A stretch of DNA of 64,000 nt from an uncultured virus (IMG/VR IMGVR_UViG_3300048065_001102) (Duplodnaviria; Heunggongvirae; Uroviricota; Caudoviricetes), in the IMG/VR virus record IMGVR_UViG_3300048065_001102, one strand, 5' to 3'. Position numbers and translations under genes: made by a program. Position 1 is the first letter of the stretch, and the number at the start of each line of letters is the position of its first letter. A model generated the notes under the pieces. That model searched no databases. It saw nothing but the letters and a program-made list of their open reading frames with translations, and was not told the DNA's origin. This document shows, one piece after another, positions 1 to 9,591 of the stretch.

Positions 1-203
1 TCGGTACATACCACAATTTCGTTTTCATCAAGTTCACACACTTTTTCATACAACCAAAGATTTTTTCCATTAAATTTGCCACCTTCGTTAACATCTCTTC
101 CTTCACCAATCGTCTCTACATCTATATGTTGAAGTTTTGCCGAATCCAATAATCTTTGTATTTTATCGGATTTGCTATTGTTGCACCATGTATAAAATTT
201 CAT
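1..203 (-). CDS. PLOD/lysyl-hydroxylase-type glycosyltransferase domain protein (N-terminal part; runs off window edge)
   Basis: Manual translation MKFYTWCNNSKSDKIQRLLDSAK...GEGRDVNEGGKFNGKNLWLYEKVC is clearly paralogous to 9592-10341. ATG overlaps the upstream TAA (TAATG). Confidence 0.7.
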   Translation of the reverse strand, partial: MKFYTWCNNSKSDKIQRLLDSAKLQHIDVETIGEGRDVNEGGKFNGKNLWLYEKVCELDENEIVVCT

Positions 204-1024
204 TATTTGGAACTCCTCCTTTTATCTCTTAAATAACGTTTCATTCTACGAGATTTTCGTCCTGGATTTCCAATGGGACGGGGAAAGTGTGAAATAATAT
301 GTCCAATACTTCCCTTCCAAGGATTTGGATTGTTCACTACCTTTCCTTTTAGTGTTTGGTTATCATGAACCCCACCAAGAATTGCATTATACACCAAAAA
401 TGGTTGCTCCGCACATTTTGGTAATAATTTTTTTTGCAAAAGATGTGTTTTTATATGTAAAAGAGTTTTTTTAAAAAGATTTTTTATCATTTCAGAATTT
501 TTAAAAACCATAACACCTGTACTAAAAGCAGTTGTTGTATATGGTACAGGCCACTTTTTACCTTTCGGTGGAAGTAAAGTTCTTCCGAAGTATTCTTGAG
601 AAATTCGTCCTTCTTGCAAACCATACAATTTGTCCTCTGTGCATTCATCAAAAACTTCATCTAAATTTCCATCTATCAATACATCGGTATCAATGTATAA
701 AATCTCCGAGTAATTTTTGATTTCGTTCCATTCAAATAATCGCATTCTCATTTGAGCCGCATCAAGTACATTTGCTTTCTTAACATCTTCTTCACGAATT
801 CCAAAGTTCTCGTACATCAAAGGTAAACTTAATATTTTTACATCTAAATTATGATTTTTAAAAATTTCTAAAGATTCTTTTACAAAATCAGATTGTGTTA
901 TTAAAAGAATATCCGTAGTATCAAAATTAGTTCCTGATGAAGATAATGAATCTACGAGTAAGTTTATCATACCCAAGTATTCTTTTTTAAGATAATTAGT
1001 AAAATATATCAATCGTTTATTCAT
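203..1024 (-). CDS. GT8-like glycosyltransferase
   Basis: LYIDTDVL DxD motif, FSTGVMVF, AEQPFL and late HF motif of GT-A/GT8 enzymes; basic C-terminal tail. Confidence 0.7.
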   Translation of the reverse strand: MNKRLIYFTNYLKKEYLGMINLLVDSLSSSGTNFDTTDILLITQSDFVKESLEIFKNHNLDVKILSLPLMYENFGIREEDVKKANVLDAAQMRMRLFEWNEIKNYSEILYIDTDVLIDGNLDEVFDECTEDKLYGLQEGRISQEYFGRTLLPPKGKKWPVPYTTTAFSTGVMVFKNSEMIKNLFKKTLLHIKTHLLQKKLLPKCAEQPFLVYNAILGGVHDNQTLKGKVVNNPNPWKGSIGHIISHFPRPIGNPGRKSRRMKRYLRDKRRSSK

Positions 1025-1712
1025 TCTCTTCTGATGAAATTCTTAATTTCTTTGCCATTCTTGATTTAGTAATATCACTGGGAATATCATACTGCGTTGT
1101 AACCGTAGGAATTGTAATATAAGTTTTTGGTAAAAATGTTTGTTGATACCACCAATCTAAATACGAATTGTTATTTTCCACGATTTCTTCCCACAAATCT
1201 CCATTGTATCTTTCAACCATATATTCAAATACATTTGAATTTATAGCATATGATTGAGTCCACCCAACAGATTTACACTTCCATAAATAATCAATTGAAT
1301 CATCGTATTCACCTGACCATTTTTGTGTCATGCGATTATATGTAGGACGATGTCTGATTCTACGTTCACATCCTCCTAGATAATAAAATTCCCAATCTGA
1401 TTTCTCAAGAACCTCAATAGATTTGTTTAATTTCTTTTCACACATATTTTTATAGAAGGCAACATCGTCCTCAAATATTAATACATTATTTAACTTTTTT
1501 TCGTATGCAAGTTTTACAATTCTCATGTGACTTTCATAAAAACCTTTTTTGGGATTTTCAGAATCAGCAACTGCATCAAATCTTTGAACTCTGTCTAGGA
1601 TTCCTATTTTTTCAAATTCTTTTTTTGATAGTTCCCATCTATCAGTTCTGTGTTTCATATTCACACAGTATATTTCATCAAAGTAATCAAAATTTATCAT
1701 CATCTTTTCCAT
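1017..1712 (-). CDS. GT25 glycosyltransferase
   Basis: IYCVNMKHRTDR, RFDAV, SH, LIFEDDV, YLG and SYAIN motifs typical of GT25. Confidence 0.8.
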   Translation of the reverse strand: MEKMMINFDYFDEIYCVNMKHRTDRWELSKKEFEKIGILDRVQRFDAVADSENPKKGFYESHMRIVKLAYEKKLNNVLIFEDDVAFYKNMCEKKLNKSIEVLEKSDWEFYYLGGCERRIRHRPTYNRMTQKWSGEYDDSIDYLWKCKSVGWTQSYAINSNVFEYMVERYNGDLWEEIVENNNSYLDWWYQQTFLPKTYITIPTVTTQYDIPSDITKSRMAKKLRISSEENE

Positions 1713-2644
1713 ATTTTAGAATTTAAAATAGATTTTCCAAAATTTTCAAGTGAAAATCTTGATTTGTCCATTTTCTTTAAATAAATATAAGTTTCTTCAA
1801 GTTTATCGTTGTCGTTTAAGAGATCATATACTTCATTTCTATTTTCAAAATAAAGTGGATAATCTTCTCCTAAATATTCAACGACACCATCTAATTTATT
1901 GACTATTAAAGGTGTATTCATCAAAATAGCATCTAGTATCGTATTGTTCGCAGAAACCTCGCACAACTCCATATACAATATATTCTCTGTTAATGTATTT
2001 AGATATTCGTTAAAAGAAAGAGTTGGTATTTTATTAACGGAATTAAACTCATTGTCAGTTGGATATATTCCATCAGTTTTATTAAATAGTTTTAAATACC
2101 ATTTTTGACGATCATCATAAGGTACTATTGCTTTTGAAAAATCTGTGGGTACATTTAATTTAAAAATAGAATAAGGAATACGCAACCAATGTCCTGTTTG
2201 TATGACTTTTTTGTTTTTATTCTGAATAAACTTTTTCCACGAAAATTTATAATCGTGGTTTTGAATAGGATGGTATAAAAAATCACATTCTATGTGTGAC
2301 AATCCAATTTCGTTCAATGCAATTTTCCACTTATTACACTCAGTTTGTGTCAAAAAGAAAAGACCTTGGCAACGATTTAAAGATTTACGAAATCCCTTTC
2401 CATTCAAGTGATTTCTAAACTTTCCATGATTCATATAATAACGATGTGTATTTAAAGGATCGTGAATGATACCAACCCAATCTTCTTTTATTTCATGTGA
2501 ATTTTTTGCAATTCTAAAGTTGTATTCTGCTTCAACAAATGTAATAAACAAAGGTTCTTTGTCGTATTTTTCAAATACCTTTTCAACCATAGACCACGAT
2601 GGACCACAACGACCTTCCTCTGAATATTTTACATTGGCATTCAA
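1700..2644 (-). CDS. putative GT-B-like glycosyltransferase
   Basis: SANNTILDAILMNTPLIVNKLDGVVEYLGEDYPLYF matches the C-terminal domain of 26420-29026; start codon uncertain (TTG). Confidence 0.5.
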   Translation of the reverse strand: MNANVKYSEEGRCGPSWSMVEKVFEKYDKEPLFITFVEAEYNFRIAKNSHEIKEDWVGIIHDPLNTHRYYMNHGKFRNHLNGKGFRKSLNRCQGLFFLTQTECNKWKIALNEIGLSHIECDFLYHPIQNHDYKFSWKKFIQNKNKKVIQTGHWLRIPYSIFKLNVPTDFSKAIVPYDDRQKWYLKLFNKTDGIYPTDNEFNSVNKIPTLSFNEYLNTLTENILYMELCEVSANNTILDAILMNTPLIVNKLDGVVEYLGEDYPLYFENRNEVYDLLNDNDKLEETYIYLKKMDKSRFSLENFGKSILNSKIWKR

Positions 2645-2702
2645 TATTTGAGTTCCTATTTTAAAAATTATTTGTTATCTTTTTCAAAGTAATCCATCTC
2701 CT

Positions 2703-2885
2703 TTAACACTCTCCGTCACACCAACATTTAAATATCCTAAAATAATAAAGAATATCTTCGTCTGATAAAAGTCTACTCTTTTTTGTCCAATGATAATCAT
2801 GCTTACACCTAAAATGTTGCCTTGTAATATTACAATAAGTTGTTGTACCGGTTTTATTAAACCCTATAAAAAATATTTTACTCAT
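2703..2885 (-). pseudogene. truncated sulfotransferase (N-terminal PAPS-binding loop only)
   Basis: MSKIFFIGFNKTGTTT is a 5'-PSB loop; ORF stops after about 60 codons; ATGA overlap with upstream gene. Confidence 0.55.
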
Positions 2886-3514
2886 CTCCATTCCCCAAAT
2901 TCATAACCGAAATACTCAATATCTTTTCTGTATTTTTCCGCAACGATTTGCTTTGTTTCATCATCGTAGTATTCGGTATAGTGTTTGTGTTTGCCTTTGT
3001 TTTTATGTGGAAGTTTTTGTTTTGGAATTCCAATTTTGTCGCAGATTATATTAAAGTCTTCTTGGAGGTTTTCAAATCTTCCGATGAAATTGACTTCAAC
3101 TCCTAACTTATCGTCTTTTAATAGTGGGTACTGATCACAAATGTGCTGAGTATTTGCATCATTAAAAACTTTTTCGGGATTGGTATCTATTCTTCTAAGT
3201 TGCATACAAAAATCTTTGAACGAAACACCCCAATCACTTATATGTGAACCAAACTTCCATGAAGATACAGCTCTATCAAATGGATTTCTAACAAATCCAA
3301 ATGTAAAATAATTATCCAAGCAGAAAAATTTATCAAAGACCGAAATCACCCGTGAAGCATAATAAGAATTTGGATAAATAATCGTATTGTCAGATGCTTC
3401 TGAAAAAATTTTAGCATTTTTATATCTTTTAAATTCAACTACATTTTTTGTAGATAATATGGAAGTAGAACCTGTTTTTGGTACTCTTATAAATAAACCA
3501 TTTTTAAAATTCAT
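2882..3514 (-). CDS. sulfotransferase (Sulfotransfer_2-like)
   Basis: FIRVPKTGSTS (5'-PSB), FVRNPFDRAVS (3'-PB), IGRFENLQEDF and conserved HYTEYYD..KDIEYFGY tail. Confidence 0.85.
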   Translation of the reverse strand: MNFKNGLFIRVPKTGSTSILSTKNVVEFKRYKNAKIFSEASDNTIIYPNSYYASRVISVFDKFFCLDNYFTFGFVRNPFDRAVSSWKFGSHISDWGVSFKDFCMQLRRIDTNPEKVFNDANTQHICDQYPLLKDDKLGVEVNFIGRFENLQEDFNIICDKIGIPKQKLPHKNKGKHKHYTEYYDDETKQIVAEKYRKDIEYFGYEFGEWR

Positions 3515-3535
3515 TTTATGTTTTCCTCAAACTAT

Positions 3536-3545
3536 TATAAATATC
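3536..3545 (-). promoter_or_regulatory. recurrent intergenic motif GATATTTATA (putative phage late promoter)
   Basis: Same motif found upstream of at least 11 gene starts; followed here by GAGG SD and ATG at 3514. Confidence 0.5.
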
Positions 3546-3561
3546 ACTTAATAATCTTAAC

Positions 3562-4143
3562 TTATTCTCCAAACTTATAATTAAAATACTCAATGTCTTT
3601 TGCGTATTTTTCCGCAACGATTTGTTTTGTTTCATCATCGTAGTATTCGGTGTAGTGTTTATGATTTGATTTGTTTTTATGTGGAAGTTTTTTGCATGGA
3701 AGTTTTAGTTTATTATTCATCGTATCAAAATCTTCTTGCAATGACTCTAATCTCAGAACATAATTTACTGACATATTTATATCATATAAATGAAAATGTA
3801 TTGGTTGAGAATGCCATCGTTGCATTCTTCCCATATTTTTATAACTCAGTTTACAAAATTCATTAAATGTTTCTAATTTTTTAAACGATTTGTGCTTCCA
3901 TATAGAAACCATTCTTTCAAATGGATTTCTTACAGTAGAAAATACTATCGGGTTTTTAAATTTTTTTGCATCAATTACATTTTTGAGTTGGTTAATTGCT
4001 TTTTTATCAAAACTACACTTTGCAGACATATCATTTCCCCAATAACCAAGTTGTTTTCCACCGAATGAATGGATGTTTTCTAAACAACTGAGTGAGGTTG
4101 ATCCTGTTCGTGGCATTCTTAAATATACCAAATCAAAATTCAT
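3562..4143 (-). CDS. sulfotransferase (Sulfotransfer_2-like)
   Basis: YLRMPRTGSTS, VRNPFERMVS, conserved C-terminal tail. Confidence 0.85.
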   Translation of the reverse strand: MNFDLVYLRMPRTGSTSLSCLENIHSFGGKQLGYWGNDMSAKCSFDKKAINQLKNVIDAKKFKNPIVFSTVRNPFERMVSIWKHKSFKKLETFNEFCKLSYKNMGRMQRWHSQPIHFHLYDINMSVNYVLRLESLQEDFDTMNNKLKLPCKKLPHKNKSNHKHYTEYYDDETKQIVAEKYAKDIEYFNYKFGE

Positions 4144-4768
4144 TTCTCATTCCCCCAAATTCATAACCGAAATACTCAATGTCCTTTGCATATTTTTCTG
4201 CAACAATTTCCCGTGTCTCGTCATCGTAATATTCAGTATAGTGTTTGTGTTTCGTTTTATTTGTGTGTGGAAGTTCTTGTTGTGGAATTCCGATTTTGTC
4301 ACAGACGATGTTGAAGTCTTCTTGGAGGTTTTCAAAACGACCTACGAAATCAATAGTATATTTCTTAGAAATGAACCAACTAGAAAAATCACCATCACGA
4401 CCTCTTCGCTTTGCATTGACATCAGCTGCCCTAATGGTGGGAAAACGAAATGCCCGGTGAGTAATCCATTCTCTGAAACTATTTTTGGCAAACTTCTTAT
4501 GTGATTTGCGCCATTTTTCTGACCAATTATTATCTCTAGTCCATAAAAAATTGTACATCGAAACGGTCATATCCCACGGATTTCTCACAAAAGTAAACTT
4601 AAAGTATTTATCGTACCTTGGGTTGTTCATTTCTTCGTATTTACTAAGTGTGTGATGTTTATTTCTTACATCTCTCTTAGACGCATTATTTTTAAATACA
4701 CATTCTATGCTAGTGCCACCCGTTTTGGGAATATGAACAAAAATAAATTTATGTTTATCACTTATCAT
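4133..4768 (-). CDS. sulfotransferase (Sulfotransfer_2-like)
   Basis: FVHIPKTGGTS, FVRNPWDMTVS, conserved tail; near-duplicate of 4758-5390. Confidence 0.9.
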   Translation of the reverse strand: MISDKHKFIFVHIPKTGGTSIECVFKNNASKRDVRNKHHTLSKYEEMNNPRYDKYFKFTFVRNPWDMTVSMYNFLWTRDNNWSEKWRKSHKKFAKNSFREWITHRAFRFPTIRAADVNAKRRGRDGDFSSWFISKKYTIDFVGRFENLQEDFNIVCDKIGIPQQELPHTNKTKHKHYTEYYDDETREIVAEKYAKDIEYFGYEFGGMRNEF

Positions 4769-5305
4769 CTCTCATTCCCCCAAATTCATAACCGAAATAC
4801 TCAATGTCCTTTGCATATTTTTCTGCAACAATTTCCCTTGTCTCGTCATCGTAATATTCAGTATAGTGTTTGTGTTTCGTTTTATTTGTGTGTGGAAGTT
4901 CTTGTTGTGGAATTCCGATTTTGTCACAGACGATGTTGAAGTCTTCTTGGAGGTTTTCAAAACGACCTACGAAATCAATAGTATATTTCTTAGAAATGAA
5001 CCAACTAGAAAAATCACCATCACGACCTCTTCGCCTTGCATTGACATCGGTTGTCCTAATAGTTGGCCAACGAAATGAACGATGAGTAATCCATTCTCTA
5101 AAACTTAGTTTGAAAAGATTCTTATGCCCTCTGCGCCATTGCTCTAACCACCGACCATCTTTGTGCCACATATATTCGTACATCGAAACGGTCATATCCC
5201 ACGGATTTCTCACAAAAGTAAACTTAAAGTATTTATCGTACCTTGGGTTGTTCAGTTCTTCGTATTTACTAAGTGTGTGATGTTTATTTCTTAGATGTCT
5301 CTTAG
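4145..5305. repeat. 625-bp-period tandem gene duplication
   Basis: 4145-4423 vs 4770-5048 and 4553-4680 vs 5178-5305 are nearly identical. Confidence 0.9.
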
Positions 5306-5390
5306 AAGTGTTAAATGCACATTCTATACTGGTACCACCCGTTTTGGGAATATGAACAAAAATAAATTTGTGCTTTCTACTTATCATCAA
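4758..5390 (-). CDS. sulfotransferase (Sulfotransfer_2-like)
   Basis: FVHIPKTGGTS, FVRNPWDMTVS, conserved tail. Confidence 0.9.
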   Translation of the reverse strand: MMISRKHKFIFVHIPKTGGTSIECAFNTSKRHLRNKHHTLSKYEELNNPRYDKYFKFTFVRNPWDMTVSMYEYMWHKDGRWLEQWRRGHKNLFKLSFREWITHRSFRWPTIRTTDVNARRRGRDGDFSSWFISKKYTIDFVGRFENLQEDFNIVCDKIGIPQQELPHTNKTKHKHYTEYYDDETREIVAEKYAKDIEYFGYEFGGMRDDK

Positions 5391-5968
5391 TTTTCTCCAA
5401 ATGTATAATTAAAATAATTTATATCGACTTCATAGTGTTTCTCTACCATTTCACGTGTTTCGTCATCGTAATATTCCCAATAAGGTTTGTGATCTGTTTT
5501 AAATTTATGTGGTAACATACTATCTTTAATTTCAAGTTTATCACATATTTGTGTAAAATCTTCTTGCAAATTCTCGAATTTTCCAATGAAATCCAGTTCA
5601 TTTATTGGGTGAAGGAAATAAAAGTAGTGCATTCGGTGTTGCTTCTGACCTAGATTTCCATTTAAAAATAAAGGAACAAAATGCTTAAATGTAGGTGCGT
5701 GTTTACGATAAAATAATTTTACACCAGGACGTGGATATTTGTAAGTAGAGTTCGTGAACCAAAAATATTCAGATACAAGTTTATCCCAAGGATTTCTTAC
5801 AAACGAAAACTTAAAATAAGATTCACAATCCTTCTCATTCTTATATTGTTGCAGTTGTTGATGTGCATCGTAATTTCCTTCACCCACAAATCCAAGATGC
5901 TTCTCAATGCTCGTTCCTGCACATTTTGGAATGTGTATAAAAATGCATTTATGTTCGTGACTTATCAT
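5387..5968 (-). CDS. sulfotransferase (Sulfotransfer_2-like)
   Basis: FIHIPKCAGTS, FVRNPWDKLVS, FIGKFENLQEDF. Confidence 0.9.
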   Translation of the reverse strand: MISHEHKCIFIHIPKCAGTSIEKHLGFVGEGNYDAHQQLQQYKNEKDCESYFKFSFVRNPWDKLVSEYFWFTNSTYKYPRPGVKLFYRKHAPTFKHFVPLFLNGNLGQKQHRMHYFYFLHPINELDFIGKFENLQEDFTQICDKLEIKDSMLPHKFKTDHKPYWEYYDDETREMVEKHYEVDINYFNYTFGEN

Positions 5969-5971
5969 TTA

Positions 5972-6562
5972 TTATTTTCCAAATTTGTATTCAAATATTT
6001 CAATATCTTTTGCATATTTGTCTGCAATTATTTTTTGAGTTGCTTCATCATAAAACTCTGTATAATGCTTGTACACAGATTTATTTTTGTTAGGAAAGTG
6101 ACCCATTGAAATTCCTATACATTTGCACATTGAATTTAAATCATCAATCAAATTTTCTGTTTTTCCTATGAAGTCAAAATTTTTAATATCAGCAACATAC
6201 GAACATAAACTAAAAGGTAGTTGTGATCGTCTATTATTTTTTTCATTCCACATTTGTTCACCAACAAACAAATTAAAATCATCATTTACATACCATCCAG
6301 GTTTAGACCCATTATCTCTTCGTTTTTTAAGATACGAATGCATGGAAACTACTCTTGCCCAAGGATTGCGTACAAATGTAAACTTAAAGTAATCATCAAT
6401 ATTATCAATCCTTCCTTCAAAGTCTTCGAGACGAGAGTGGGTAAACAAACCAATAGACTTATTAGGTTTTGATTTCATTTTATTTTTCATCCACAATGCC
6501 ATGCTACTACCTGCACATTTTGGAATGTGAATAAAAATACATTTTTGTGTATGACTTATCAT
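5972..6562 (-). CDS. sulfotransferase (Sulfotransfer_2-like)
   Basis: FIHIPKCAGSS, FVRNPWARVVS, FIGKTENL. Confidence 0.9.
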   Translation of the reverse strand: MISHTQKCIFIHIPKCAGSSMALWMKNKMKSKPNKSIGLFTHSRLEDFEGRIDNIDDYFKFTFVRNPWARVVSMHSYLKKRRDNGSKPGWYVNDDFNLFVGEQMWNEKNNRRSQLPFSLCSYVADIKNFDFIGKTENLIDDLNSMCKCIGISMGHFPNKNKSVYKHYTEFYDEATQKIIADKYAKDIEIFEYKFGK

Positions 6563-7263
6563 TTAAAAATTTCTTTAACAATTAATTTGAACGGACGGTC
6601 GTAACGCAACCATTTTACATTTGATTTATTTTCACTTATGTTATCAATGTGATGTATGTTATGCAAAACATGATCGAAATCTTTTAAAGGCTTTCTTCTT
6701 TTTCTTTTACACGAAACATAATAATTCGTCGAACTATTAATAAACTTATTTAAATTAAAATATTTTTTCTTAATTTCATTACTATATTGAATTAAATTCA
6801 TTAATCCAGGACGGTCTGCTTCGTTTAATTCACCAACTAAGTCATATTTGTTTTCATGTAAAATCCAATCAATATCAGTTTGTGGATTTTTAGCAACAAC
6901 ACAATTTACTTTACACAAACTTCCATATAATATAGATGCATATGCACCTGCACTATATCCTGTGAACAATACATTCTTATACTCCATTACTTGGTCAGTC
7001 AAAAACTTAATTGTTTCGTTTATTGTAGTTCCGATTCCATTTAAAGTACCAAGATACCAATACCCTCTATTTCGTAAATACAACACATCAAAGTCATTTC
7101 TTTTAGATTTAAGTTCCATCAATGAAGTTTTCATCTCAAATCCATTGTGATTATTACTCGCAAAACTGACTATTAAATTTTTAGAATTATTCCCAACCTT
7201 TACGTACGCAATATCAGTTGCTTCTGCAATTTCTATTTTTTTAATGCTATCTTTATATCCCAC
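6559..7263 (-). CDS. alpha/beta-hydrolase fold protein (esterase or O-acyltransferase)
   Basis: Nucleophile elbow FTGYSAGAYAS (GxSxG), PQT and late D..H; GTG start with GGGAG SD. Confidence 0.6.
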   Translation of the reverse strand: MGYKDSIKKIEIAEATDIAYVKVGNNSKNLIVSFASNNHNGFEMKTSLMELKSKRNDFDVLYLRNRGYWYLGTLNGIGTTINETIKFLTDQVMEYKNVLFTGYSAGAYASILYGSLCKVNCVVAKNPQTDIDWILHENKYDLVGELNEADRPGLMNLIQYSNEIKKKYFNLNKFINSSTNYYVSCKRKRRKPLKDFDHVLHNIHHIDNISENKSNVKWLRYDRPFKLIVKEIFK

Positions 7264-7275
7264 TACACACTCCCA

Positions 7276-7935
7276 TTAATAAATCATATTCAGAACATGA
7301 CCATATCCTTCTTCTTCTCTCCAACCTCTGCGGTAATGTACCATAAAGGTGTATTTATCTACTCTATCAGGTCGTACATTGAAATGTGCTTCTTTTTCTT
7401 CGTAAATTTTTAAATGGTCTAGGTATTTTTCACCATTCAATCCAACAATACTTCTTAAATTAGTTTGCTCCCATGCATCAAATACACTTTTTTGTCCAGC
7501 AAGTTCATTAAAGTGGTCACCGAGTATCATTTCAACTCTACCATGTTTATTGTTACCATATTTTTTGAAGTTCCAAATCTCACCAAGCAACCAAAATGAC
7601 CAATCAGAATTCTTAAACATAAACATTCCTGCATTGATTCCCATATCGTCTTTGCAGAATACACCATCTTTATTATTGTCTATAAAGTCCTCAATTTTTA
7701 TTTCAGAATTTATTACAAAACTATCGGAATCTGCCCAAAATACCCAATCGTAATTCGGAAGAGTTTGTTGCATATAAGGAATTTTGTGCCACGATGGATG
7801 TCTTGGGTGATCTAACTTTTGATCATATGAAATAAAATCATATCCATGTTTTTCGCAATATTTTTGCTTGTTTGGATTTCCGATTTTTCTCCAATTACCA
7901 GGATCACATTCAAATGTCAACATTGCTATTTTCAC
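7276..7935 (-). CDS. GT34 (Gma12/Mnn10-like) glycosyltransferase
   Basis: KQKYCEKHGY, WHKIP, DWVFWADSDS, GINAGMFMFKNSDWS and WEQ motifs. Confidence 0.8.
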   Translation of the reverse strand: MKIAMLTFECDPGNWRKIGNPNKQKYCEKHGYDFISYDQKLDHPRHPSWHKIPYMQQTLPNYDWVFWADSDSFVINSEIKIEDFIDNNKDGVFCKDDMGINAGMFMFKNSDWSFWLLGEIWNFKKYGNNKHGRVEMILGDHFNELAGQKSVFDAWEQTNLRSIVGLNGEKYLDHLKIYEEKEAHFNVRPDRVDKYTFMVHYRRGWREEEGYGHVLNMIY

Positions 7936-7937
7936 TA

Positions 7938-8828
7938 TTAAACCTCAACTCCTTTTTTAACACATTTAAAGGTAATTAAATCACCACAACACAAACGAAG
8001 CATATATTTATCTAAATTTTCTTCCCATCCGATCCATCCTTTATCCCACTTTCCATTCCACTTAGGAGATTCAGGAAGTTCAAATATGTTATCACTAACC
8101 AACCTTACAAACGACTCTAAATTATCAACTATGAAATTAAAAATATACCGGTCGTAAATTCTAAAATAATCAAGTGGACTACATATTACCTGATTTTTAA
8201 ATCGACTTTGATGTATCATATTAATTCTACGAAGTTTACTTACATTTATTTTTAAATCGGGTCTCATTTTGGTCACACAACCGAATTTTATGTCATTCTT
8301 GTTTTCATAGCACACCATCATTTCATTGCATCTTCGCATCAACTTTCTTTGATATGCAAATGAATTATTTGTAAATCCACTTTTAACTCTTGCATTTTTA
8401 ATTGGATTTACATCATCAAAAAAGGTATCATCATAATATTCTACCCTATATTCACAATCCAATTTTTGTATAATGGATTCAAACAATTCTTTGTCTCCAT
8501 CAAATTCAGAATATTTTTTGAAAAGATGCGACTCGGCATCTTTAGTATTTTCTACTATGCCAACATCAATTAAACAACGATGCTTCCATTCTGCTCCCTT
8601 AAAAGATGTTTTGGGGTTGACCAAGAAAAAGCACACTACATGATAGGATGAACTCATCTTCTTTACAAACTCAATAATTGAATTATAAACCTCAGGTTTA
8701 AAAAATGACCTCAATTGTCCCATTATTAAAATAGCAACACATAGATTTTTGTTCTGAAAATCCTCACGGGAGTTGTAATGTTTTTCAAATCCAACCTTAT
8801 AGTAGTTTATTTTATCCGTATGTTCCAT
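7938..8828 (-). CDS. putative glycosyltransferase-like protein
   Basis: VAILIMGQLRSF...KMRPDL pattern recurs in proteins of glycan clusters; genomic context. Confidence 0.4.
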   Translation of the reverse strand: MEHTDKINYYKVGFEKHYNSREDFQNKNLCVAILIMGQLRSFFKPEVYNSIIEFVKKMSSSYHVVCFFLVNPKTSFKGAEWKHRCLIDVGIVENTKDAESHLFKKYSEFDGDKELFESIIQKLDCEYRVEYYDDTFFDDVNPIKNARVKSGFTNNSFAYQRKLMRRCNEMMVCYENKNDIKFGCVTKMRPDLKINVSKLRRINMIHQSRFKNQVICSPLDYFRIYDRYIFNFIVDNLESFVRLVSDNIFELPESPKWNGKWDKGWIGWEENLDKYMLRLCCGDLITFKCVKKGVEV

Positions 8829-8862
8829 TTTTTAGTCCAAATATTTCAAATACCCATAATTT

Positions 8863-9591
8863 TTATTCTTCATGCCCCACTCCAATTCCATACAACGACA
8901 ATATCTTCCTGAGATATTTTTCCGTTTCTTTGTCCACGTCCCATATATCCTTGTTATCTCTTGAAAATATTCGTGTACGTTTTCCCATAAAGTGTCGTTC
9001 GTCCCATGTATTATTTCCATGAATGAAATACAGATATCTACTTGGATGACTATCCATAATCCCAATGTTCAGTTTTTTTTCTTCCTTCAATTTATCAAAA
9101 ATATATTCATAATCTTCTGCTTTTTCATTATTCGAGTATTCCGCATGAATTCCACGAAACATTGCTGAACCGATTGTCTGACCAATATTTTTAGTGATCA
9201 TCGCATGATTGATATTCCAAAAATACCATGTAAATGCACCAAGATACGAAACATCGTGATCACCCTCAACCATAAAGTTGTACAACTCTTCAAGTTGCTT
9301 GGGATGACGATAGTCATCATCATCCCACTGAGTCCATATATCGTCTTTTGACAAATAGTTAAATGCGTAATTACGCAATCCACCGAGACGAAGTTTTCTG
9401 TCTGAATTATTTAATTTAATTTCCTCTACTTCATTGCAATTTAAATCTGATAACGAGTATTCACCGTCATTGATGATTAAAAGTTTCTTGTTGGAATAAG
9501 TTTGGTCAAGAAACGACTTCACAGATAACCTTGCAAAATCTTCATGTTCTGCATCTTTACCCGTTACCATTACTGCTGTTATTTTTTCCAT
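8863..9591 (-). CDS. GT2 glycosyltransferase
   Basis: SFLDQTYSNKKLLIINDG, LGGLRN, QWDDDDYRHP, AED. Confidence 0.8.
   Translation of the reverse strand: MEKITAVMVTGKDAEHEDFARLSVKSFLDQTYSNKKLLIINDGEYSLSDLNCNEVEEIKLNNSDRKLRLGGLRNYAFNYLSKDDIWTQWDDDDYRHPKQLEELYNFMVEGDHDVSYLGAFTWYFWNINHAMITKNIGQTIGSAMFRGIHAEYSNNEKAEDYEYIFDKLKEEKKLNIGIMDSHPSRYLYFIHGNNTWDERHFMGKRTRIFSRDNKDIWDVDKETEKYLRKILSLYGIGVGHEE

Noticed and set aside
4145..5305. Diversity-generating retroelement TR/VR pair
   Set aside because: Mismatches include many non-adenine changes (TTT/TGG, GCC/TTC, TCA/GGG), both copies are full genes, and no reverse transcriptase is in the window.
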